Assembly (NCBI GenBank): GCA_038087875.1
Contig: CM075979.1
Location: 45,694,001 to 45,758,000, forward strand
From: Malacoraja senta
Lineage: Eukaryota
Direction: 5' to 3'
DNA: 64,000 nt
Made by a program: the position numbers and the translations under genes. Positions 12,689 to 23,763 of the stretch are shown here, one piece after another. The notes under the pieces are model-generated. The model had not been told where the DNA came from. It saw only the letters and a list, made by a program, of their open reading frames with translations, and ran no database searches. Position 1 is the first letter of the stretch. Every line of letters begins with the position of its first letter.

Positions 12689-12779
12689 TTAGACTTAAGA
12701 GTCTTATAATATGACATAGTTATTTCTGGTAATACACTGCATGGCAACTAACCCGAGGTTGCACTTGTCTTTAATACAG

Positions 12780-13100
12780 TTCAGCCGAAGCTGCATTTAT
12801 CCACAGAACATGTTACCATTGAGACTGGTGCGGAGAAGCTGGTGATGTGTGATGCTACAGGATTTTACCCTCAGACACATAACATCTACTGGGGAAAAGT
12901 ATCCAAGGATAAGACTGAGAAACTAAGGCACGATGTCTTCATCACACCTCTAGTTCTTAATCTGGATAAAACCTTTAATGTCTCCATTAGAATGAGAATT
13001 AAACCAACTCTAGTTGATAATGGCAATGTGTACAAGTGTGTCGTGGAGCACCAATCATATAATGACGCACTCTCGCTCGAGTTGAAACTCACAGTCAAAG
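12780..13100 (+). CDS. NCR3LG1: Extracellular IgC1-set exon of B7-H6-like protein
   Basis: Acceptor ttaatacag|TT, donor AAA G|GTATG. VQPKLHL...MCDATGFYP...W...NLDKTFNVS...DNGNVYKCVVEHQS matches the B7-H6 C1 pattern (MCESSGFYP...NMDGTFNVT...DPGTVYQCVVRH). Confidence 0.92.
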
Positions 13101-16100
13101 GTATGTTACATCCTTTGGAAAAGTTTAGTTTAGTTTATTGTTACGTGTACCAAGGTAAAGTGAAAATTTTTTGTTTGCATGTTGTCGAGTCACAGAAACA
13201 TCGAAAAGTAGGTGCAGGAGTAGGCCATTCGACCCATCGAACCAGCATGATCATGGCTGATCATCTAAAATCAGTACCCCGTTCCTGCTTTTTTCCCATA
13301 TCCCTCGATTCCTTTAGCCCTAAGAGCTAAATCTAACTGTCTTGAAAACATCCAGTGAATTGGCCTCCACTGCCTTCTGTGGCAGAGAATTCCACAGATT
13401 CACAACTCTCTGAGTGAAAAGGTTTTTACTCATCTCAGTCCTAAATGGACCTACCCCTTATTCTTAAACTGTGACCCCTGGTTCTGGACTCCCCCAACAT
13501 CAGGAACATTTTTCCTGCATCTAGTCTGTCCAATCCTTTAAGAATTTAAGATACCCTCTCATCCTTCTAAATTCCAGTGAATAGTAGTCCAGAAAAGATT
13601 AGTTTGCTTTAGTTTATTGTCACGTGTACCAAAGGGCAGTTAAAAGCTTTAGTTGTATGCTAACCAGTCAGCGGAAAGACTATACATGATTACAATTGAT
13701 TCATTCACAGTGTACAGATCCATGACAAAGGGAATAACATTTAGTGCAAGATAAAATCCCGTAAAGTCCGAATAAAGATAGTCCAAGGGTTTCCAGTGAG
13801 GTTGCCTGTTGCTCAGGACCGTTGTCTAATTGTTGAGAGGATGATTCAGTTGCCTGATAACAAACTATACATGAATACAACCAAGCTGTCCACAGTGCTT
13901 GGATAAAGGGCACAATATTTAGTACAAACTTTGAAGTCCAATAAAGATTGTTTAAAGGTCTCCAATGAGATAGATGGGAGGTCAGGACCACAATCTAGCT
14001 GATGAAACGGCCATTCAGTTGCCTGATAACAGCTGGGAAGAAACTGTCCCTGAATCTGGAGGTTTTTGCTTTTAAACTTCTGTATCTCTTGCCTGATGGG
14101 AGAGGGGAGAAGAGGGAGTGACCAGGGTGATTCCCTTGATTATGCTGGTGGCCTTGCCGAGGCAGCGTGAAGTGCAGATGGAGTCAGTGGAAGGGAGGTT
14201 AGCTTGCACGATGGTCTGCGCTGCGTACACAACTCTAATTTCTCGCTGTTCCAGAACCATGTTATGATGTCTCCCAATAAGATTCTTTCTATATCAAAAC
14301 TGTAGAAGCTTGTGAGGGTTGTTTGGGACATACCGATCATCTGAGCCTTATAAGGAAGTGTGCTTTCTTGGCCTTAGCTTCAATGTGGCTGGTGCAAGAC
14401 AAATTAATTTTGTTATTTATTCATAGGAACTTGGAGATATTTTACAGCGTACTTTATTAAAATGTTTCCAATAATATATATGAAAATATTTGTGTGTGCT
14501 TAATACATATCCTTCACTGAGATGTGCAGTGCTTTAACTAGTGTTTATCCTTTGACCAAGATAAGAATGAGAGGATTTAAGATGAGAGGGGAAAGAGTTA
14601 TTAGAAACTTGAGAATAACTTTTTCAGAAAGAGGTGGTGCGTATATGGAAGGAGCTGCCAGGGGAGGTAGTTGAGGCAACATTTAAAAGACATTTGGAGA
14701 GGTTAGAAGGATATGGGGTAAATAAGGACAGGTGTCAACAGTCAAGTCAAGTCAAGAGAGTTTATTGTCATGTGTCCCAGATAGGACAATGAAATTCTTC
14801 CAAGTGTTTAATAGGCATTTGTACCGAAAACGGAACAATTAAATTCTTACTTAGATGGACTACTGTAGATGGGGCATCTTGGTCAGCATGGAGAAGTTGG
14901 GCAGAAGGGCCTATTTCCATGCTGTATGACTCTCTTCCACAACAAGTAGATACAGTCTCAGCCATTGAGAATGAACATAATCCTGGCACATTTGTGGTTT
15001 GGTGGGGAAGTTTGGTTCTGGTCTTTCATTGACTGCTTAGTAATTCATACAGGTTTTTGTGGCCTGGCAGTGCAAGCTTTTGGGAGACCCTGATAGAAAT
15101 ATCTAACATAATTAGAGGCATTGATAGGTGTAGAACCTTTTTCCCAGAGTGGAAATGTCAAAGACTGGAGGACATAGCTTCAAGGTGAACAGGGCAAAGA
15201 TTAAAGAAGATGTGCAGAACAAGTTTTTTACACAGAGAGTGTCTGGAACACGCTGCCAGGGGAGGTGATGGAGGCAGATTCCATAGTGGCATTAACTAGG
15301 CTTAAATCAGCACATAGATATACAGGGAATTAAGGGATATGGATGATATACAGGCAGATTAATTTAATTTGGCATCATGTTCAGCATGGACATTGTGGGC
15401 CGAAGGGCCTGTTCCTGTGCTGTATTGTTCTAAATTTGTTCTTTCCATATGCCATTAAAGTATAATTTTTTTCAGCCTAGTTGCCATGAGTAATATTTTT
15501 CTCATTTTTCCCCTTTCTATGTACATTAGCTTAATCTCTTAATCTCTCCTTTCCAATATGCCGCAGCAGAATTTACTTTATTGCCAGTTCGGATCTGCGC
15601 TGACCAGCGATCAACCCCCTCCCCCCCTCCCCCCACCGCACTATCCTACACATTACGGACAATTTACAATCTTACCAAAGCCAATTAAGTTACAAACCTG
15701 CACGTCTTGGATTGTGGGATGAAACCGGAGCACAGAGAGAAACCCACACAGGTCACAGGGAGAACGTACAAACTCCATACACACAGCACGTAGTCACGAT
15801 TGATCCCGGGTTTTTGGCGCGTAAGGCTGCAACTCTACTGCTGCGCCACTATGCCGCATCTAAAAGTAACTATTACACACCTCTCTTCTGTACGTGTGGG
15901 TGAGTCGAGTCAGAAATTGAGGTGTGAATAGCCCTCTAAACACTTGAATTATTTCTGATTGCAGCAGAAATAATGGAATCACTAATTGGAATTCCTAGGC
16001 CTTTAATTAAAGGGGGATATAAATTGCACAATTATGGTTTCAATGTTAATAACTGTCCCCCTCCCCCTCCCTTTTTCCTTCCCTTTACCACCCGCCCCTT

Positions 16101-16457
16101 CCACCAAAATTCCTCCCTCCATGTTACATTTCACTATCCCCTTCACTCCTTATCTGACATCTTTTGTCTCCTTATCACCATGTTCTTTCCATCTTTCCCC
16201 CACTACAATCAGACTGAAGGAAGGTCCTGACCCGAAACGTCACCTATCCATGTTCTCCAGAGAAGCTGCTGAGTTACTCCAGCACTCTGTTCTACACAAC
16301 ATTTTGGCATCTGTAGTTCCTTGTGTCGCCTCTTTAAAATCCTGTCCACTTGTATTGTTTACTATTGGCAAAAATGAACGAGTCTGCAAATCAAGAAGGT
16401 TATTTCACGTGCGTGGTTTTTGTGGATATGCCTGATTCTTAGTGTTTTACATTCCAG

Positions 16458-16571
16458 AACCTGTGGAATATTCGTCAACAGGGGCTATTGTTGGAGTTGT
16501 ATTTGCTGTAATTATTATATTGCCACTACTTGCCTTTGGACTCTATATGTTCATCGTGAAATACAGACCAG
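16458..16571 (+). CDS. NCR3LG1: Transmembrane exon (EPVEYSSTGAIVGVVFAVIIILPLLAFGLYMFIVKYRP)
   Basis: Acceptor ttacattccag|AA, donor CCA G|GTAAT; about 26 uncharged residues followed by basic KYR; 114 nt, phase 1-1. Confidence 0.88.
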
Positions 16572-17122
16572 GTAATATGACAAATGGAGAACGTTCCTCA
16601 ATGCGTTGTAATTGTCTGCCTCGAGTTATAGCAGCTACAGCACGGAAACAGGCCATTCAGCCCACCACATCCTCGCCGACCATCGGGCACTCGTATACAT
16701 AAATATCATTTCATTCAGCCCACTTTCCCATGAGCTCGTACCTGATCCTACCACATTCCTCACACACAAGCGGAAAGTTACAGGGCACAATTAACCTAAC
16801 TTTTTGGGGTGCAGGAGGAAACCAAAACACCCAACATGGGGAACGTGCAAACTCCACATAGACAACATATGAGGTTAGCATTGAACCCCGCCTGTGTGCT
16901 GTGTAAAGTACTGGAGTTGTGTGGCTTTTGTGATTCTTTGATTGCTTGTTACATTTCCCCAACATGGAGGGCTGGTGATCTATTAGTTTCAACCACAGAT
17001 GACCCTGTGATGATTGTATACCCATATAGACAGGCAGCCAGGCTTGGAGCTTCTCTTTGAATGGCCTTCTGGGCATAACTTGTTTCAGTTATAATTTTAG
17101 AGATACAGTGTGGAAACAGGCC

Positions 17123-18258
17123 CTTAAAGCACACGGTATTGGGGGTTCAGTATTGATGTGGATAGAGAACTGGCTGGCAGACAGGAAGCAAAGAGTAGGA
17201 GTAAACGGGTCCTTTTCACAATGGCAGGCAGTGACTAGTGGGGTACCGCAAGGCTCGGTGCTGGGACCCCAGCTATTTACAATATATATTAATGATTTGG
17301 ACGAGGGAATTGAATGCAACATCTCCAGGTTTGCAGATGACACGAAGCTAGGGGGCAGTGTTAGCTGTGAGGAGGATGCTAGGAGACTGCAAGGTGACTT
17401 GGATAGGTTGGGTGAGTGGGCAAATGCATGGCAGATGCAGTATAATGTGGATAAATGTGCGGTTATCCACTTTGGTGGCAAAAACAGGAAAGTAGACTAT
17501 TATCTGAATGGTGGCCGATTAGGAAATGGGGAGATGCAACGGGACCTGGGTGTCATGGTACACCAGTCATTGAAAGTAGGCATGCAGGTGCAGCAGGCAG
17601 TGAAGAAAGCGAATGGTATGTTAGCATTCATAGCAAAAGGATTTGAGTATAGGAGCAGGGAGGTTCTACTGCAGTTGTACAGGGTCTTGGTGAGACCACA
17701 CCTGGATTATTGCGTACAGTTTTGGTCTCCTAATCTGAGGAAAGACATTCTTGCCATAGAGGGAGTACAGAGAAGGTTCACCAGACTGATTCCTGGGATG
17801 GCAGGACTTTCATATGAAGAAAGACTGGATAGACTCGGCTTTTACTCGCTAGAATTTAGAAGATTGAGGGGGGATCTTATAGAAACTTACAAATTTCTTA
17901 AGGGTTTGGACAGGCTAGATGTAGGAAGATTGTTCCTGATGTTGGGGAAGTCCAAAACAAGGGGCCACAGTTTAAGGATAAGGGGGAAGTCTTTTAGGAC
18001 CGAGATGAGAAAAAAAAAATTTCACAAAGAGAGTGGTGAATCTCTGGAATTCTCTGCCACAGAAGGTAGTTGAGGCCAGTTCATTGGCTATATTTAAGAG
18101 GGATTTAGATGTGGCCCTTGTGGCTAAGGGGATCAGGGGGTATGGAGAGAAGGCAGGTATGGGATACTGAGTTGGATGATCAGCCATGATCATATGGAAT
18201 GGCGGTGCAGGCTCGAAGGGCCGAATGGCCTACTCCACCTATTTTCGATGTTTCTATG
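17123..18258 (+). mobile_element. 5'-truncated CR1 LINE
   Basis: RT motifs in ORF 17057-18073 ([14 protein letters not shown]) and TTTCTATG-type tail. Confidence 0.9.
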
Positions 18259-18577
18259 ACCAGTGATCGCCCCATATACTAGTTCTATCAAGTCCGCGCC
18301 GACCAGTGATCGCCCCATATACTAGTTCTATCCTTCTCACTTGGGATAATGTACAGAAGCCGATTAACCCACAAACCTATACGTCTGTGGAATCTGGGAG
18401 AAAACCCACGCGGTTACAGGGAGAATGTATAAACTTCGTACAGACAGCACCCGAGGTCTGGATTGAACTCTGGAGTCTGGTGGTGTGAAGTAGTACTTTT
18501 CCACTGCACCACATTGCCGCCCCATATTAACTTGCATTTTGAAAGGCCTGTTCCTGATTGCACGCTTGCATGTGCTA

Positions 18578-18660
18578 ACACACACACATACATACACGCA
18601 CACACACATACACGCACACACACACACTCGCACGTACACGCACACGCATAAATATACACA
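18578..18660. repeat. Imperfect (CA)n microsatellite
   Basis: acacacacatacatacacgcacacacac... seen directly. Confidence 0.9.
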
Positions 18661-18907
18661 GACATTATATCTCCTGTACTTCCTGCATAACAATTAAAAT
18701 GAATGTACAAGAAATAATATTTAATGTAGGAAGGAACTGCAGATGCTGGTTTACACTGAAGATAGACACAAAATGCTGGAGTTACTCAGCGGGTCAGGCA
18801 GCATCTCTGGAGAAAAGGAATAGGTGACGTTTTGGGTTCAGACCCTTGTATCTTCAGAAAGAACATTTAGATTGCCAAGTTTTAATTACCTGCTTTGTTT
18901 TGACTAG

Positions 18908-19339
18908 TTCGTCCAGAGATCACTGGCCCCAATGGACATCAAACCATGAAACATCTTGAAAAAAAAAAGGCCACTTGGAGGGTTAGTCCATTCCGACCTT
19001 GTGAAATTATAATTCACTTATACCTAAAGAGGAAGGGGGATCAGGTGAGAAGTACAATTTTAGATTGGGACAGCAGAAAATTTCTTGAAAACAGAAATGG
19101 AATGATCAACGGAGAGGGTCGCAATGAAGCGTGGATTCTTATGAATTCAAATTGGGTCGATGCATCTTTTACACCTTTGGATCCCGAATATAACATTAAT
19201 GCAGATGGGATTGTGACGATCAATGTGGAAATATATCCAGATGTTAACAAGGATGCAGGGGCTGAATTAACCATTGAAGTTCAACATACATCACTGAAAC
19301 AGCCGATATCAAAGACTTTGTTACTGGATGTTATAGGAG
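18908..19339 (+). CDS. NCR3LG1: First post-TM exon: degenerate IgC1-type domain without canonical cysteines
   Basis: Acceptor tgttttgactag|TT, donor GGA G|GTAAA; open frame VRPEITGP...ATWRVSPFRP...NADGIVTINVEIYPDVNKDAGAELTIEVQHTSLKQPISKTLLLDVIG keeps C1 spacing (xxRP start, FxP, NxDG, VxHxSL). Confidence 0.8.
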
Positions 19340-20557
19340 GTAAAGTATAAATGTTTTCTTTAATCATTAATGTCTATATATTGTGATTTCAGTCCGAATG
19401 TCTTCAGAGACATAGAGTGATACAGCGTAGAAACAGGCCCTTCAGCCCAACTTGCCCAAGCTGACCAACATGTCAGTCAGTCTGGACACTTCATCCCATC
19501 TGCCTGCGTTTGGTCCATATCCCTCTAAACATGTTCTATCCATGTACCCGCCTAAATAGTTCTTTAAAATTGTGATAGTACCTACCTCAACTATCTCGTC
19601 TGGCAGCTTGATCCATACACTCACCACCTTTGTATGAAAAGGTTACCCCTCAGATTCTGATAAAATCTTTCCACCCTCCTCATCTGAAATCTATGTCCTC
19701 TGGTCCTCGATTCACCTACTCTGGGCAAAAGACTCGGTGCATCTACCCGATCTATTCCTCTGATGATCTTCTACACCTCTATTTGATCACCCCTCATCCT
19801 CTTGCGCTCCAAGTCCTAGCCTGCTCAACCTCTCCCTGTAGCTCAGGCCCTCAGGTCCTGGCAACATCCTCGTAAATCTTCTCTGCACCCTTTCCAGCTT
19901 GACAACATCTTTCTTGTAACAAGGTGTCCAAAATCTGCTGAACATGATGCCAAGATAAACTAATCTCTGCTGCTTGCATGCACTCCATGTCCCTCCATTC
20001 CCTGCATATTCATGTGCCTATCTAAAAGCTTCTTAAACACCACCATTGTATCTGCCTCCACCACCACCACCCCTGGCAGCATGTTCCACGCTGTGTTTAA
20101 AAATGAAACGCCCCTCACCTCTCCTTTAAACTTTGCCACTCTAATCTTAAAGCTATGCCCTCCAGTCTTAGACATTTCCACCCTGGGAAAAATATTCTGA
20201 CTGCCTACCTTTCATCATGTACGTCTCGATGGGCCGAAGGGCCTTTCCACGCTGTACCTCTAAACTAAACTAAACTAAATCAGGACCATTCTCTGGTTGG
20301 TAATAGGATGGTTCAATTGCCTGATAACAACTAATACATTAGTAATGGTAATACATTTGCAATGGGGGACTAGAACTGCACGCAATACTCCAACTATGGC
20401 CTAACCAAAGTCTGCAGAGCTGCATCGTGACCTTAACACTTTTAGGAGATTCTCTCATCAGTCGACTCAAAGTCATGGAAAATTCACACAGTAATGTAAT
20501 ATGTTCTTGCTTTTGTGAATTTCAACTAGTTGATTTGTTTGTTTTCTTTTCTCAAAG

Positions 20558-20935
20558 TGCCACCCAAGGTTTTAAACATCTTCAAACCCTCTTGCATCAT
20601 TCACAATAAATCTGCATCTTTGTTCTGTTCAATCACTGGGTTTAAACCGAGACCTTTACGTATCACGTGGCAACGAAAGAGAAAGAACATGGAGGCAGAA
20701 GAAATAGTTCGAATGGAGGAGGACAACAGGACAATTATTTCCGGTGGTGACGGGGAGATGTCCACATATAAACATTACATCAGTGAGATGAAGCACGATG
20801 ATGAATCCTACAGCATCACTAGTGTACTAGAGATAGTGCCTGATATACAGCAAGATCAAGGCTCACTTTACACCTGTAAAGTACATCACAACGGCACCAA
20901 TGACCAGGAGAGAGAAATCAAGTTAATGATTGCAG
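20558..20935 (+). CDS. NCR3LG1: Second post-TM exon: IgC1-set domain with both cysteines
   Basis: Acceptor ttttctcaaag|TG, donor GCA G|GTATA; VPPKV...LFCSITGFKPRPLRITW...DESYSITSVL...YTCKVHH. Confidence 0.87.
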
Positions 20936-22679
20936 GTATATAATACTTCCATCTAAGCCTTGCATTGACAGAGGATGCAGAGTGCGTACTTATTTGGAAT
21001 GGTGTCTTAAATATCATACCACAACCATTAATGTACGCAGAGCGTTTGAAGGCTCTGGGTCTGTGCTAGCTGGAGTTTAGAAGGACGAGGGGGGAATCTC
21101 AATGAAACCTACTGAATAATGAAAGGCCTGGATAGACTGGATGTAAAAAAGATGTTTCTACTAATGTGAGAGTCCAGGACCAGACTCGGAGTAAAAGGAT
21201 GTACCTTTAGAATGGAGATGAGGAGTAATTCCTTTCGTCAGAGGTTGGTGACTCGGTGGAATTCATTGCTACAGACATCTGTGGAAACCAAGTCATTGGG
21301 TTTTTCACAGCGGAGATTTATAGGTTGTTGATTAGTAAGAGTGTGAAAGGTTATGGGGAGAAGGCAGGAGAATGGGGTTGAGAGGGAAAAATAGATGGCA
21401 AAGTAGACTAGATGGGCCGAATGGCCTAATTGTGGTCCTATAACTTATGAACGTATAAATTATCTAATGATATAGAACGAAGAACGGTACGGCACAACCG
21501 CTCGACCCACAATGCCTGCACATAAACCATATCCCTCCATATCCATGTGCCTATCCAAAAGTCTATTAAATGCCACTATCCTTTCTGCCTCAACCACCAT
21601 CCCCGGTAACGCGTTCCAGACACTCACCCCCATCTATATTAAAAAAATTGACCCACACATCTTCTTTAAAATTTGCCCTCTCACCTTAAAACTATGGCCT
21701 CTAGTATTTGATTGTTCTATCCTTTTTTTCTCCGGACAGAGGCTCTGACTGTCTACCCTATCTATGCCTCTCCTGATTTTATGTACCTCATTCAGGCCTC
21801 AGACCTTTTTGACCACCCGATCTACCTGCGATTCCACCTTCAAGGAACCTTGCACCTGAACTCCTAGATCCCTCTGCTCCACAACACTCCCCAGAGCCCT
21901 ACCATTTACTGTGTTGGTCCTGCCCATGTTAGACTTCCCAAAATGCAACATCTTACATTCTCTGTATTAAATTCCATCAACCATTCCTCAGCCCACCTGG
22001 CCAATCGATCCAGATCCTGCTGCAATTCTTCACAACAATCTTCACTAACTGCAAAACCACCCATTTTTTTAACCTTATGTTTCTGCCGACAAGTATAGAT
22101 CCCTTAATTTATTTTCTTGCATTAACCTTAGAACTATATTCTGCACTCTGTATCTTCCCCTTTGTTCTATTTATTGTATTTGAATTTGACTTGATTGTGT
22201 TTGTGCCTGGTACATCTGATCTGGTGGGATTGCCTGCAAAACAAAGCTTTTCACTGTACCTGTACATGTGACAATAATACACCTGAACCTAAACCACGTG
22301 GTTTTACTGCAGTAAGATCTTCTGCTATGAGCCACAGGCGCAGATGCTGAATTATTTCAATTTATATTCCCTGGGTTGACAGAGAGACATTTGTCCAGTG
22401 TGAATAGCCCAGTTCATTCTGAATTCTAGTAAACATTAGGCTTGTAGCAGGGACGGGGTCAGAGGGAATTTGATGTCTAGAATGATGTATTTAACTAAAT
22501 AACAGTTGTACGTAACTTGTCCTGCAGCAACATGCAGATCTTTAGTCAGGTTAAGGCTTCTCTTAGAGTCATAGAACCATAGAGTGATACAGTGTGGAAA
22601 TAGGCCCTTCGGCCCAATTTGCCCACACTGGCCCACATGTCCCAGCTACACTAGTCCCACCTGCCAACATTTGGTCCAT

Positions 22680-23460
22680 ATAAGGTTCATATAAGGTTCA
22701 TAAGGTTCCTTTATTGTCACCTACACCAATTAGTGTGAAATTCGAGTTGCCATTGCAGCACATTAATAAGAATACAACATAACATTATAAAGAAAATTTA
22801 ACATAAAACATAAAAAGTCCCCCCACAATGGTTCTGACTGTGAGGGAAGGCACAAAGACCAGTCCCCATCCCCTTGTCCACCCATAGTCGGGCCTATTGA
22901 GGCCTCCACAGTCGCTGCTACGGGGCCCGATGTTTCAGGCCCTTCTCGCTGGGTGATGGTGCTCCGGCGTTGGGAGAACCCTCTCAGCGGCTTGGGACGC
23001 CTGGAACGGCCGTTTCCTTACACGGGACCGCGGCGTCCGAAGCCGACAGGCCGCGCTGGATGGAGCTCCACCATTGGTGATCTCGGCGAGAGATCCCAGG
23101 CTCTGCGATGTTAAAGTCAGCGCCGCCGCCCGCGGCTGGCCGCTCCACAGTCCCGCAGCTCCGCGATATTTCATCGGCGGTCTCAGCTCACCGGAGTTCC
23201 AGCGCGGCGACCCGGGCAGGGCATCGCCCGCTCCGCGATAGCGCTCCAGCGCTGTGCCGCCGCCGAAGCCGAGGTTCTGGCCGGTCCCGTCAGGAAACTC
23301 CGCTCCAGACCCCAATGGTAGGTCGCGAGGACGGGTCGAGATGCTGCTCGGAGGAAAGCCGCCTCTTCGACCAGGCAGGGACGTGGAAATACAGTTTCCC
23401 CCTTCCCCCACCCACCCTCCACACATAAAAGAATAGACCACCAAACAAAAACACTTTTTA
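22680..23460 (-). mobile_element. Unclassified GC-rich non-autonomous retroelement-like repeat
   Basis: Short tandem tail (taaggttca)n plus CTTTATTGTCA (GACAATAAAG on minus), GC-rich body; splits a LINE-tail fragment; similar layout at 31215-32010. Confidence 0.4.
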
Positions 23461-23763
23461 ATATACTAAAAATAAAAAAATTAAAATGAAAGGACGAAGA
23501 GGGGAAGTCGAAGAGGGGAACCCCCGCTCCCTAAAGAATGAGGACATCTCAGATGCCCTGGTTAGGAACACCTCATCCTGGGTGCAGATGCGGTGTAGAC
23601 GGAGGAATTGGGAGTAGGACGTAGAGTCCTTACAGGAAGGAGGGTGGGAAGATTGGTTGGTTCTACTACTCTGGGCACGAGACTGCATCTACCCGATCTA
23701 TTCCTCTCATGATTTGATACACCTTTATAAGATCACCCCTCATTCTCCTGCACACCAAGGAAT

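Noticed and set aside
9163-13100. Rearranging Ig/TCR/IgNAR locus, MHC or tapasin
   Set aside because: The V exon includes its own G strand and ends in a splice donor with no RSS heptamer/nonamer beside it; motifs fit B7-H6 better, and there are no MHC peptide-binding exons.
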